Assembly: GCA_903868125.1 (NCBI GenBank)
Contig: CAIPUE010000023.1
Location: 19,977 to 83,976, forward strand
DNA from: an uncultured bacterium
GTDB taxonomy: Bacteria > Cyanobacteriota > Vampirovibrionia > Gastranaerophilales > Gastranaerophilaceae
DNA length: 64,000 bases
Direction of reading: 5' to 3'
Each line of letters starts with the position of its first letter. The stretch's first letter is position 1. The position numbers were made by a program, and so were the translations under genes. This document shows positions 16,049-25,414 of this stretch, piece after piece. The notes beneath the pieces are model-generated. The model was not told the origin of the DNA. It did no database searches and saw only the letters and a program-made list of their open reading frames with translations.

Positions 16049-16315
16049 ATGGAAAAAAAATACTATATTTATGTAATTTTAACAGCAGACAAAACTTTTT
16101 ACTGTGGGTACACCGATGATGTTGAAAAACGCTTTGAGGTTCACAAGTCAGGGAAAGGTGCAAAATATACCCGTTCGCATAAGCCTTTAAAAATAGTTTA
16201 TACGGCATGCTTTGATACAAAATCGGAAGCGATGAAAGAAGAATGTCGCATAAAAAGTTTAAGTAGAATTGATAAAATGGAGTTTATAAAGAAATTTGGA
16301 AATTATCAGGAATAA
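16049..16315 (+). CDS. GIY-YIG nuclease superfamily protein (UPF0213/YhbQ-like)
   Basis: YYIYVILTADKTFYCGYTDDVEKRFEVHKSGKGAKYTR is a GIY-YIG signature. The track ORF is trimmed to ATG 16049. Confidence 0.75.
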   Translation: MEKKYYIYVILTADKTFYCGYTDDVEKRFEVHKSGKGAKYTRSHKPLKIVYTACFDTKSEAMKEECRIKSLSRIDKMEFIKKFGNYQE

Positions 16316-16430
16316 AAAATCTTGATTTTTTCAAAAAACTTAACATAATTTTTTCAAAATACTTGTAAATATCTTTTCTTTGAGATATGTTGTAAATAGC
16401 GCTAGTAATTTAAGATAAGGAAATAAAAAA

Positions 16431-16622
16431 ATGTCCAGAGAATGTGAAATATGCGGCAAAACGCCCTTGAAAGCAGCGAAATTAACTTTTTCGCACAAGC
16501 AGAACGTACACCGTCAAGCACCTAACTTGCAGTCAGTTAAAGCTAACTTAAACGGTACAGTTAAAAGAATTAAAGTTTGTACTTCTTGCATTAAAGCCGG
16601 AAAAGTTCAAAAAGCGGTTTAA
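16431..16622 (+). CDS. rpmB: 50S ribosomal protein L28
   Basis: 63 aa. MSRECEICGKTPLKAAKLTFSHKQNVHRQAPNLQ is typical of L28. A hairpin terminator follows. Confidence 0.9.
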   Translation: MSRECEICGKTPLKAAKLTFSHKQNVHRQAPNLQSVKANLNGTVKRIKVCTSCIKAGKVQKAV

Positions 16623-16641
16623 TTTAATTAATTAATTTTAA

Positions 16642-16674
16642 GGCCGGACAGAAAATTTTGTCCGGTCTTTTATA
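16642..16674 (+). terminator. intrinsic terminator after rpmB
   Basis: CCGGACA (16644-16650) / TGTCCGG (16659-16665), followed by TCTTTTAT. Confidence 0.65.
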
Positions 16675-16751
16675 ATTTTACTTAATATTTAGTAAAATTA
16701 TTCTAATGTTTGTAATATAATTTAAACAATAATTATGTAGGAGGATAAAAT

Positions 16752-17645
16752 ATGCCGAAACGTTATGATGCAGGTGAAGTAATAACTGCAATGGTTACAC
16801 CTTTTAACAAAAATAAGGAAATTGATTACGATAAAGTCGAAGAATTGGCAAAATATCTTGTTGCAAATGGCTCCGATGCAATTTTGGTTGCAGGAACAAC
16901 AGGCGAAAGCCCGACTTTAACTCATGAAGAAGAACTTGAGTTGCTTTCAACCGTAAAAAGAGCTGTCGCAAATAAAGCAAAAATTGTTATGGGAACAGGT
17001 TCAAATTCAACCGAAACAGCTCTCAAAATGACGAAATTAGCTCAAAAAGAGGGTGCAGACGCAATTCTTTCGGTCGTTCCTTATTACAATAAGCCATCGC
17101 AAGCGGGTATGTTTGCTCACTTTTCAGCAGTGGCTGAAAGTACTACTTTACCGATAATCTTATATAACATTCCATCAAGAACAGGGGTTAACATGGCGGT
17201 TGAAACAATTGCAAAACTTGCAAATAAATATTCGAATATTGTTGCATTGAAGCAAAGTTTTGGGGATATGGATTTTATTTCGGAGTTGAAACTTGCTTGT
17301 CCTGAAGATTTTATGATTTATTCAGGCGATGACAGTCTAACATTGCCGATGATGGCGTTGGGGGCAGATGGCATAATTTCGGTTGCTTCGCATATTGTGG
17401 GTAATGAGATTAAGTCTATGATACACAATTTTAAGTCAGGACAGTTGCATGCCGCAAAAAATATGCACTTAAAGCTTTACCCGATTTTCAAAAAAATATT
17501 TATGGCTCCAAATCCTGTTCCTGTAAAATCCGCACTCGCAAAACAAGGGATAATAAATGATTACGTAAGACTTCCACTTGTTCAGCTTAATGAAGAAGAA
17601 AGAGCAGAATTATATAGTGTTTTGGATTCTTTCAACAAGGATTAG
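16752..17645 (+). CDS. dapA: 4-hydroxy-tetrahydrodipicolinate synthase
   Basis: 297 aa. TAMVTPF, GTTGESPTL, YYNKPSQ and ILYNIPSRTG motifs. Confidence 0.9.
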   Translation: MPKRYDAGEVITAMVTPFNKNKEIDYDKVEELAKYLVANGSDAILVAGTTGESPTLTHEEELELLSTVKRAVANKAKIVMGTGSNSTETALKMTKLAQKEGADAILSVVPYYNKPSQAGMFAHFSAVAESTTLPIILYNIPSRTGVNMAVETIAKLANKYSNIVALKQSFGDMDFISELKLACPEDFMIYSGDDSLTLPMMALGADGIISVASHIVGNEIKSMIHNFKSGQLHAAKNMHLKLYPIFKKIFMAPNPVPVKSALAKQGIINDYVRLPLVQLNEEERAELYSVLDSFNKD

Positions 17646-17701
17646 CCTAAGTGGGTTATTTGTTTTAGCAAGTTTTTGGTAAAATGAGATTGGGTAAAAA
17701 A

Positions 17702-17802
17702 GGTAAAGGGTGAACGGTGAACGGTGAACGGTAAACAGTAAACGGTGAACGGCGGCAACAAGCAAGATGTGTAAAACTGTTCAACTGTTCGACTATTCAA
17801 CC
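17702..17802 (+). repeat. composite intergenic repeat C (7 heptamers plus an octamer array)
   Basis: GGTAAAG GGTGAAC GGTGAAC GGTGAAC GGTAAAC AGTAAAC GGTGAAC at 17702-17752. CTGTTCAA CTGTTCGA CTATTCAA at 17777-17802. Confidence 0.9.
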
Positions 17803-17912
17803 AATAGCGAGTGCATAAAGGCTAGTAAGCCAGCATTTCGAAAAAATAAAGTAGTAGTTCTAAAAAGCAAGTAAAGGCGCCAACAATAAAAGTGGGTGTT
17901 ATGGTGTAAAAG

Positions 17913-19220
17913 ATGAAGAATAAGAAGGCAATGTTTTGGGCGATTGTGTTGATAGTGGTGGTTTGTGCCGGCATTATTGTTGTTAAGCCTACAAAGTTAG
18001 GATTGGATTTAGTAGGAGGTTCAAGGCTTGTGCTTGAGGCTCAAACTACTGATACGGTTGCAAAAATTACTCCTGAAATGATGGATAGTTTAAGATTTGC
18101 GATTGAAAACCGTGTAAACAAATTGGGCGTTGCAGAAACTGTTGTTCAGCAGACCGGCGATAAAAGGCTTTTGGTGGAAATCCCGAATGTTTCTGACTTA
18201 TCTAAGGCAAAAGAATTTTTGGGTGAGACTGCGGCATTGGAGTTCAAAAAAGAAGGAACGCCGATTAATGGTCAACCTGTGTGGCTAAGTACGGGATTAA
18301 GCGGAAAAGATTTGAGCAAGGCACTTTTAAACACATCTCAAAATGGTCAGTGGGTGGTTGATTTACAATTTAATGATAAGGGAACAAGAAAATTTGCAGA
18401 TTTGACACAAAAACTTGTAGGCAAACCGATGGCTATATTTTTTAACGGAGAAATGCAGTCTGCACCAGTGATAAGAGAAGCAATTATCGGCGGAAACGCT
18501 CAAATTTCGGGTGGCGACAATGGGTTTCAATACGAAGAAGCTAAAAAAATGGTTGATTTATTAAATGCCGGAGCTTTACCTGTTCCAGCTAAAATTATTG
18601 AAGAAAACACTGTTGGTCCGACTTTGGGGGCTGATAGTATTGCAAAATCTAAAACGGCTGGAATTATCGGGCTTGGGATTGTTATGTTATTTATGATTGC
18701 GTTCTACAAATTACCCGGACTGATTGCGGATATAGCGTTGATTTGTTACAGCATAATTTTGTTTGCGTTATTTAAAACAATTCCTGTCACGCTTACTCTT
18801 GCAGGTATTGCCGGATTTATTCTAAGTATAGGGATGGCGGTTGACGCGAATATATTAATTTTTGAAAGAACAAAAGAAGAATTGAAAGCCGGTAGGACAT
18901 TGTTTACTGCAATAAATGCGGGGTTTGACAGAGCGTTTACAAGTATTTTTGATTCAAACATGTCAACAATTATTACCTGCATAATTCTTTATATGCTTGG
19001 AACTAGTGTTGTAAAAGGGTTTGCACTTACTTTGGCTTTAGGGGTCATTGTTTCAATGTTTAGTGCGATTACAATTACAAAAAACATTATGCACCTTGCA
19101 TTCGGAACAGGTGAGCTTAAATATCCTCAATTATTTGGATTAAAAAAGGAAGAAATCGGAAAAGCATTTGAGGTAAAAGAAACAAAACGTGAAAAAGCAA
19201 AATTCGGAGTATTAGATTAG
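17913..19220 (+). CDS. secD: protein translocase subunit SecD
   Basis: 435 aa. LGLDLVGGSRLVLEA, periplasmic domain, C-terminal 6-TM bundle (GIAGFILSIGMAVDANILIFER). Confidence 0.9.
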   Translation: MKNKKAMFWAIVLIVVVCAGIIVVKPTKLGLDLVGGSRLVLEAQTTDTVAKITPEMMDSLRFAIENRVNKLGVAETVVQQTGDKRLLVEIPNVSDLSKAKEFLGETAALEFKKEGTPINGQPVWLSTGLSGKDLSKALLNTSQNGQWVVDLQFNDKGTRKFADLTQKLVGKPMAIFFNGEMQSAPVIREAIIGGNAQISGGDNGFQYEEAKKMVDLLNAGALPVPAKIIEENTVGPTLGADSIAKSKTAGIIGLGIVMLFMIAFYKLPGLIADIALICYSIILFALFKTIPVTLTLAGIAGFILSIGMAVDANILIFERTKEELKAGRTLFTAINAGFDRAFTSIFDSNMSTIITCIILYMLGTSVVKGFALTLALGVIVSMFSAITITKNIMHLAFGTGELKYPQLFGLKKEEIGKAFEVKETKREKAKFGVLD

Positions 19221-19311
19221 GTAAACGGTAAACGGTAAACGGTAAACGGTGAACGGCAAGAAGTTCCAAGGCATTCAAGTAGGTCGGGCTTTCCAGCCCG
19301 ACGACATAAAA
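19220..19311 (+). repeat. composite intergenic repeat D in the secD-secF spacer (5 heptamers plus a GTAG hairpin)
   Basis: (GGTAAAC)x4 GGTGAAC starts at the last base of the secD stop codon. GTAGGTCGGGCTTTCCAGCCCGACGACATAAAA at 19279-19311. Confidence 0.9.
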
Positions 19312-19352
19312 ACAATAAGCACTTTCAATTATTCGGCTAAAAAGGAGATAAA

Positions 19353-20330
19353 ATGGCAAGTACAGAAACAATCGGTAAAAAACCTTTAATAGATATAGTA
19401 AAATACAGATTTTGGTGGTTCGCATTGTCGACCGTTCTTATTATTCCGGGGATTGTGGCGATGATTTATTCAAGCGTGATTTATCCAAACCATGCGCCGT
19501 TAAAAGTCGGTATTGATTATACAGGCGGAACAATTTTGCAATATTCCGTCAACCAACCGGTCAGTGGCAATGAGATAACACAGACAAGGGAGGCTCTCGA
19601 GGCGAAAGGGATTGAAAACCCGTTTTTACAGATAATTAATGTTAATCCTGAGAGCGCGAAAAATAATAAAATAAAATCAATTATCTCTGTAAGAACAAAA
19701 TTTATCGGAGAACAGGATACTCAAGCACTTAATAATGTTTCGAGTGTAATAAACGCCGAATATCCTAATTCGCAACTTATTCAAGTAAGTTCAATAGGTC
19801 CAACCTTGGGCGCAGAACTTTTCAAAAACGCTCTATTTGCACTTGCTTTGGCATCTTTGGGAATAGTTATTTATTTGACAATAAGATTTCAACTGGATTT
19901 TGCGATTGCGGCAATTTTGGCATTATTTCATGACGCGTTGTTTGTTGTGGGGTGTTTTTCAATTTTCGGGCTTTTATTCAATGTCCAGATTGATGGGCTT
20001 TTTATAACAGCAATCCTTACTGTTATAGGGTTTTCTGTACATGATACAATCGTTGTTTTTGATAGAATCAGAGAGAATTTAAGATACTATTCAAAGAAAA
20101 TGTCGTTCGGTGAAATCGTAAACGTCAGCATAAACCAGACTTTTGTAAGAAGTATTAATACTTCTATGACTACTTTGATAACCTTAACTGCTCTGTACTT
20201 TTTTGGCGGGGTAACAACCAGAGATTTTGTTTTGGCAATGATTTTGGGTATCGCAATTGGAACATATTCAAGTATTTTCTTTGCGAGTATGGCGATAGAT
20301 GTTTGGCGTGAATACAAAGCAAAAAAGTGA
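19353..20330 (+). CDS. secF: protein translocase subunit SecF
   Basis: 325 aa. GIDYTGGT motif and 6-TM domain (HDALFVVG...GFSVHDTIVVFDRIRE). Confidence 0.9.
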   Translation: MASTETIGKKPLIDIVKYRFWWFALSTVLIIPGIVAMIYSSVIYPNHAPLKVGIDYTGGTILQYSVNQPVSGNEITQTREALEAKGIENPFLQIINVNPESAKNNKIKSIISVRTKFIGEQDTQALNNVSSVINAEYPNSQLIQVSSIGPTLGAELFKNALFALALASLGIVIYLTIRFQLDFAIAAILALFHDALFVVGCFSIFGLLFNVQIDGLFITAILTVIGFSVHDTIVVFDRIRENLRYYSKKMSFGEIVNVSINQTFVRSINTSMTTLITLTALYFFGGVTTRDFVLAMILGIAIGTYSSIFFASMAIDVWREYKAKK

Positions 20331-20382
20331 AAGGTTTAAAGGTTGAGATGGTTGAAAAGCCGAAAAGTCGAATAGTTTTGCA

Positions 20383-20419
20383 GTTCTTGCTTTACTTCTC
20401 ACTTTTCACCTCTCACCTC
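20383..20419 (-). repeat. composite repeat E (inverted AAGTAAAGCAAGAAC box plus GGTGAGA-type heptamers)
   Basis: The reverse complement reads GAGGTGAGAGGTGAAAAGTGAGAAGTAAAGCAAGAAC. It lies between secF and the MFS gene. Confidence 0.85.
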
Positions 20420-20426
20420 AATAATT

Positions 20427-21770
20427 ATGGAATTAGAAAAAAAAGAATCTATATTTGAAAAAGCCCGAGGTTATTCGGCACTGTTTGCGAACCGTGATTT
20501 TTGCATGTTGTGGTTGGCGCAGATTTTTTCGCAATTTGCGGACAGAATAATTTTTGTTGTGTTTGTAACCATAATCGCAATCAATTTTGACCCGAGCGGA
20601 AAATCAACGAGTTTGCAAAGTTGGCTTTATATCGCATTTACAATCCCTGCAATACTTCTTACGGCGATTGCAGGGGTATTTATTGATATTTGGAATAAAA
20701 AAATAGTCATGATAATTACAAATATTCTTCGAGGCTCCATTATTCTGCTTTTGCCGTTTTTTGACAAAACGCTTATGTCCCTTTATGTTTTAGCTTTTGC
20801 GCTTTCAGCCGTAACCCAGTTTTTTGTGCCTGCGGAGGCTTCAATTATCCCTTCGGTGGCTAATAAATACCAATTAATGACCGCAAATTCGCTTTTTGCA
20901 ACGACGATGATGGGGTCGCTGATTTTTGGGTTTGCTCTTGGGGATCCTATGATAAACATTTTCGGGATTGATTATGTCCATTTAGGAATCGGGCTTTTCT
21001 TTTTCCTTTCGGCTTTTTGCCTGATTTTTGTAAGATATAAACCTGTGGCAAAAATTACGGGAGCTAAAACGAACTTTTGGGCGGATATGAAAGAGGGCTT
21101 AGTTTATATAAAAGGTGCGCCGATAGTGCGTTCTGCTATGTTAAAACTGGCGGCATTGTTTTCTATAATTGTTATGTTGTCAATCATGTCAATCGGGTTA
21201 AGCCAAAAATATCTTTATCCTAATAATCCAGCGATGGGTGCACAAAAGTTTGCTTATATCGTAGTTTTTTGTGGAATAGGCATGGTCTTTGGAGCTTTTT
21301 TGGTCGGTCAGCGCTTTAGAAAGGTTGAAAAACATCTTTTGGTTTATATAGGAATTTTTACTTGTGGGTTATCGTTGTTAATGTTTTCACTATTGCCTCT
21401 AATCCCTCAATTAAGTGTTTTTCACTTTAAAACAAGGTCTGTATTGATTTTTTACTTGGAGCAGTTTGATTTGACTTATCCGATGTTGTACAGCTATGTT
21501 ACGGCTGTTCTAATAGGTATTTCTACAGCATTTGTCGCAATTCCTACCCAAACAATTTTGCATACCGAGATTGACCCGCAGGTTAGGGGAAAAGTGTTCG
21601 GGATTTTGTTTACGCTTTTGAGCACGGCATCGGCATTTCCTGTTTTGGTTGCGGCTTGGGGTGCTGAAATGGTCGGCGTTGCCAAGATGATTTTCCTAAT
21701 CGCTTTTCCTGTCTTGATTTTTGGGGTTTATAAGCTGATTACCTATCGCAGACGGTTTTTGATAAGTTGA
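20427..21770 (+). CDS. MFS transporter
   Basis: 447 aa, about 12 TM helices. The N-terminal NRDFCMLWLAQIFSQFADRI is typical of the MFS_3/EntS-like group. Confidence 0.75.
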   Translation: MELEKKESIFEKARGYSALFANRDFCMLWLAQIFSQFADRIIFVVFVTIIAINFDPSGKSTSLQSWLYIAFTIPAILLTAIAGVFIDIWNKKIVMIITNILRGSIILLLPFFDKTLMSLYVLAFALSAVTQFFVPAEASIIPSVANKYQLMTANSLFATTMMGSLIFGFALGDPMINIFGIDYVHLGIGLFFFLSAFCLIFVRYKPVAKITGAKTNFWADMKEGLVYIKGAPIVRSAMLKLAALFSIIVMLSIMSIGLSQKYLYPNNPAMGAQKFAYIVVFCGIGMVFGAFLVGQRFRKVEKHLLVYIGIFTCGLSLLMFSLLPLIPQLSVFHFKTRSVLIFYLEQFDLTYPMLYSYVTAVLIGISTAFVAIPTQTILHTEIDPQVRGKVFGILFTLLSTASAFPVLVAAWGAEMVGVAKMIFLIAFPVLIFGVYKLITYRRRFLIS

Positions 21771-21850
21771 GACCACTGCACAATTAAGAACCCGCATAGG
21801 GACATTTCTCTCGAAATCAAAGATTTCGGAGAAAGCAGTCAAAACAAATT
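21771..21850. mobile_element. MITE-like element, copy 2 (inverted relative to copy 1; far end degenerate)
   Basis: GACCACTGCACAATTAAGAACCCGCATAGGGACATTTCTCTCGAAATCAAAGATTTCGGAGAAAGCAGTCAAAACAAATT is the reverse complement of 13248-13325. It starts 1 nt after the MFS stop codon. Confidence 0.85.
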
Positions 21851-21863
21851 AATTTTATCTGCC

Positions 21864-22340
21864 TTACCAACTTGTGCCCACTCCAACGGCCATCGGTTCT
21901 GGATTAATTTTTTTTGCCGGCTTAAAATTTTTAAAGAGCTCTTGCAAATATTGTGAAGGTTTTGCCCTAGTACTTGGAGAAATAGAGATTTTTGCTTTTT
22001 TCATTATATTAGGATTTGTTAATTGCTCCAAAAATGTATCAATTATTAATGGTAAACATCCATATCGTCCATTTGTTGCTCCCAATATAACGCACGCACC
22101 TGTTTTATTTTGAAAAAAAATATCGCAATGTCCTCCTTCACTCTTAGAGCTAGAGCATATTTCAACAAGGCTGTAAGTCCCAGGCTTCCCTTTTTTGAAG
22201 GTGGTTGAAAAAACACCATCAGGTAAAGGCAACCTAAAAGATACATAACGAGCCTTTTTGGCTTCCTCCGAAAGATTTGTAAAAATAGTTGTCATTACGT
22301 TTGATATTTTGGGATATGGATTAATCCTTTGTGCGTACAT
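21864..22340 (-). CDS. hypothetical protein
   Basis: 158-aa ORF with no recognised domain. The last codons abut or overlap the degenerate end of MITE copy 2. Confidence 0.45.
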   Translation of the reverse strand: MYAQRINPYPKISNVMTTIFTNLSEEAKKARYVSFRLPLPDGVFSTTFKKGKPGTYSLVEICSSSKSEGGHCDIFFQNKTGACVILGATNGRYGCLPLIIDTFLEQLTNPNIMKKAKISISPSTRAKPSQYLQELFKNFKPAKKINPEPMAVGVGTSW

Positions 22341-22436
22341 CTGCCCTCCTGCCTTTTTATTTTTTTGGTTTATTATGATTTATTTTTTCATGACTTTCAA
22401 GTATTTTTGTTATAATTGTAGTATTTCTTAATATAA

Positions 22437-22548
22437 GAGGCTTATAAGATTCTCTCACTCACTTTGTTCCGCCGACAGGCTCACAAGGCTCGTGCTTTGA
22501 CTGTTCGCTTTATCAAAATTGTATATTTTTGAATTATTCAGCGTCCTC
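22437..22548 (+). repeat. 113-bp interspersed repeat, copy B
   Basis: See 1446..1558. The left TIR is degenerate. It lies 125 nt upstream of the 22673 start. Confidence 0.9.
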
Positions 22549-22672
22549 TAATTAAAAATTATCCTCTCCTCTATTTGTAGTATTTCTTAACAATTTGGAA
22601 TATTTTTGGGCGTTGTGTAATCTTATATAATGTAAGCAATTTTGGACAGGATAGCGAGAGGAAAAATTAAGA

Positions 22673-25363
22673 ATGAAGCTTTTTGAGAAGAAGAATGTTA
22701 TTAGGATAGATGCAGATGATTTAAGAGATGCCAAACTGTCATCGATGGGTTTTATTGATGATAATACCCAAAAACGTGTGTTTATTGATATTCTTGGTGC
22801 AAGATTAGCCATGAAGATGCTTTTTGAAAAGAAAATTCAAGCAAGTAATCTATACAGTCTTTACACAATTCATAATGTTATTGAAGAACTTGATATAGCC
22901 GATATTTATTTTCAGGGAATAAAAATGGATGTTCGTTTGGTTTTTAACAGCGAAGAAATATTTATCCCGAAATCTCACTTTGAATACGGCTTATTACCTG
23001 ATTTGTACCTCGTTTTAGAGCTAAAAGAAGATTTATCTTCAGCAGATTTTATAGGATTTTTTGAACCTAAAATATTGAATCAACAAAATGCTAATAAAGA
23101 TTTTTACTTCCATGAGGCTGATAGATTAAATGACCCTAGTAATCTTAAGACCTTTTTAGAAGATTTTATAGTCGAAAACAATTTTGATATACCTGAAGAT
23201 AATATTGAAAATACAAAAGAATTATTTTTGTCATTGGTTGATAAAGAAATTTCTAAAAATGATAAACACTTTTTGTTTGAACAATTGGCAAAAAGTTCTT
23301 CGCTAAGAGAACAGGTCGTGGAATTCGAAAATTTTGAACTTATTTCAAGAGAAGCTGCGAAAAATGAAGACATGTTTAAAGATGGGGTTTTAGATATTGT
23401 CGGAGCTCAAAAAATATTTGATGAGATTGTGGATGATGAAGAATTTGGCCTGTTTGCTGCCGAGCTTGATAATGAATCTTTTGACACAGACAAAACAAGT
23501 CAATTAGCAGCAGAGATTGCTATTGGAGGTGCTATCGCGGGTGGCGTTGTTAATTTAGCTGCCGCAGGATTGGAATTAGAAGCTGCACTTGCCCAAAATA
23601 GCGTGGATAATTTGGCTGCCGGCATTGAATTGGGAGCTGAAATTGTTAAGGAAGGAACTGAATTTGTTTCCGAAACCGTAAATTTGGGAAGCGAAATTTT
23701 TGAACCGGAAGCGGAAAATATTCAATCTGAAATTGAGGATATGGCGTTATTGGAATATAGCTTATTTGGAGATATTGAGACACAAACTGAAGGATTTGAG
23801 GAATTACCTGAATTCGAACTCTTAGAGGATTCGTTGGAGACTTTTAATGATAATTTGCAGACAGAAGAACAATATTTTGATACGACAGAAAATGAAGAAC
23901 AAGAATCAAGTCAAAGCGAAGAAGTTTTGGAAGTAAATGATGTTGATTTAAACATGTTGGATGGAACGGATGAAAATTTTCAAAATGAGGCTATAGATGA
24001 CGTAGATTCTTTCGATTCGTCTTTATTTCAAAATGAAGAAATTGAACAAGAAGAAATTCCGCAGGAGTTTAAGGACTTGGGTGAGTTGGAAGAAACCCAA
24101 CAATTTAAAGCCGAAGAAGTTTTGGAATTAAATGCTTTTGATTTAAACATGTTAGATGGAATGGATGAGAATTTTCAAAGTGAGGCTATAGATGACGTAG
24201 ATTCTTTCGATTCGTCTTTATTTCAAAATGAAGAAATTGAGCAAGAATTTAAGGAGTTGGATGAATCGGAAGAAAACAAACAACTCGAATCCGATGGCGA
24301 AACAAATGTTTTACAAAGATTGAGGCAGTTAGAACAAGAAGAACAAGAAGAAATATTAGATGAAGATGAAGATGAAGTTCAAGAAAAGCCTGACGAATTT
24401 CTCTTTCAGGTTGACGAATTTTTAAAAGATGTAGAATTTTCTGATGAACAGAAAGAATTTTTAGAGGATAGCTTGTTTGATACTATTGATGAAACCGAAA
24501 CAATAAATCCATCACAACTTCCTGAAATAAATTATGTCGAGCATGAAGCATTTGATGATTTTGAGCAGGATATTAAATCTTCCGGAGATGATAAAGATCT
24601 GCTAAAGGTTTTGTTTGAAAAAGAAATGAACAAAAATGTTGAAATGTCGGCATTAGAGAATGAAGTAAATGAAACAAAGTATTTTGGAACTCCAATCTAT
24701 AAAAACAAAAAAATGATTATAGCGGCTTCTGTTGCCAGTGTTGTTCTTGCATCTTTGGTAATCGGCACAGGTGTTTTCCATAATAAAAATAATGAAACGA
24801 AATTTGCCAATAACGCCACTACTGCCCCAATATCAGCAGAAGGACAAGCTTTAAGCGGATTACAGCAAGAAAATGCCGCGAATTCGGGTTTAGGTCAACA
24901 AATGCCTGAACAAGCGACAGATTCAACCTTGCAACAACCAATTCAGGGTGAATATCAACAAGCTGATGCAAGCCGAGATATGGGCAAAGCGGTTTCTGAC
25001 GCATTTTTATCTGAACCGGTAAATGCAAGTATTTCAAAAGTAGCTTGGGAAGTCCCTGAAGATATTGCTTATAATGATACTTTTAGAAAATATTTGCAGA
25101 TAGCCGGCAAAAATTTGAAATTAAATCTTCAAAATGATTTGTTGCTTGCGACAGAGATGGCTTATTCTAACAAGGTTATAGTCGATTTAGTAATAAAAAA
25201 TGACGGTTCTTTGCAATCCGAAGAAATTGCAGCTTCGAGTGGTTCAAAGCAAATTGATAAGATAGTGTTACAAAGTGTTAAAGAAACTTTAAAATACTTA
25301 AAAATGCCTTCCAGTGAGCTTAGTGGCGGTTCTGCAACTGCTACCCTTATCATTAACTTTTAA
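22673..25363 (+). CDS. DUF1822-like N-terminal domain / long acidic repeat region / single TM / TonB_C-like C-terminal domain protein (anti-sigma-like architecture)
   Basis: 896 aa. The N-terminal ~160 aa fit the DUF1822 pattern (RVFIDILGARLAMKML; IADIYFQG.KMDVRLV...IFIPKSHFEYGLLPDLYLVLELKEDLSSADFIGFF). D/E-rich middle region with a 65-aa duplication. TM helix MIIAASVASVVLASLVIGTGVF. The C-terminal VIVDLVIKNDGSLQSEEIAASSGSKQIDKIVLQSVKETLKYLKMP resembles TonB_C. Confidence 0.5.
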   Translation: MKLFEKKNVIRIDADDLRDAKLSSMGFIDDNTQKRVFIDILGARLAMKMLFEKKIQASNLYSLYTIHNVIEELDIADIYFQGIKMDVRLVFNSEEIFIPKSHFEYGLLPDLYLVLELKEDLSSADFIGFFEPKILNQQNANKDFYFHEADRLNDPSNLKTFLEDFIVENNFDIPEDNIENTKELFLSLVDKEISKNDKHFLFEQLAKSSSLREQVVEFENFELISREAAKNEDMFKDGVLDIVGAQKIFDEIVDDEEFGLFAAELDNESFDTDKTSQLAAEIAIGGAIAGGVVNLAAAGLELEAALAQNSVDNLAAGIELGAEIVKEGTEFVSETVNLGSEIFEPEAENIQSEIEDMALLEYSLFGDIETQTEGFEELPEFELLEDSLETFNDNLQTEEQYFDTTENEEQESSQSEEVLEVNDVDLNMLDGTDENFQNEAIDDVDSFDSSLFQNEEIEQEEIPQEFKDLGELEETQQFKAEEVLELNAFDLNMLDGMDENFQSEAIDDVDSFDSSLFQNEEIEQEFKELDESEENKQLESDGETNVLQRLRQLEQEEQEEILDEDEDEVQEKPDEFLFQVDEFLKDVEFSDEQKEFLEDSLFDTIDETETINPSQLPEINYVEHEAFDDFEQDIKSSGDDKDLLKVLFEKEMNKNVEMSALENEVNETKYFGTPIYKNKKMIIAASVASVVLASLVIGTGVFHNKNNETKFANNATTAPISAEGQALSGLQQENAANSGLGQQMPEQATDSTLQQPIQGEYQQADASRDMGKAVSDAFLSEPVNASISKVAWEVPEDIAYNDTFRKYLQIAGKNLKLNLQNDLLLATEMAYSNKVIVDLVIKNDGSLQSEEIAASSGSKQIDKIVLQSVKETLKYLKMPSSELSGGSATATLIINF
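23918..24248 (+). repeat. 195-bp (65-aa) in-frame duplication in the acidic region of 22673..25363
   Basis: EEVLE[VL]N..DLNMLDG.DENFQ.EAIDDVDSFDSSLFQNEEIEQE occurs twice. The copies start at 23918 and 24113. Confidence 0.9.
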
Positions 25364-25414
25364 ATATGCTATACTTAAAAGTAAGATAGTTTTATCATTG
25401 AGAAAGTTAAGGAA

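Noticed and set aside
16623-16751. Possible lysine riboswitch (L-box) upstream of dapA.
   Set aside because: The spacer is only ~130 nt and half of it is the rpmB terminator. That is too short for an L-box, and I recognised no conserved L-box motifs.
17702-17752. Heptamer arrays considered as possible CRISPR arrays.
   Set aside because: The period is 7 nt with no spacers, and the arrays are 17-51 nt long. No cas genes are present. They are microsatellite/STRR-like repeats, not CRISPR.
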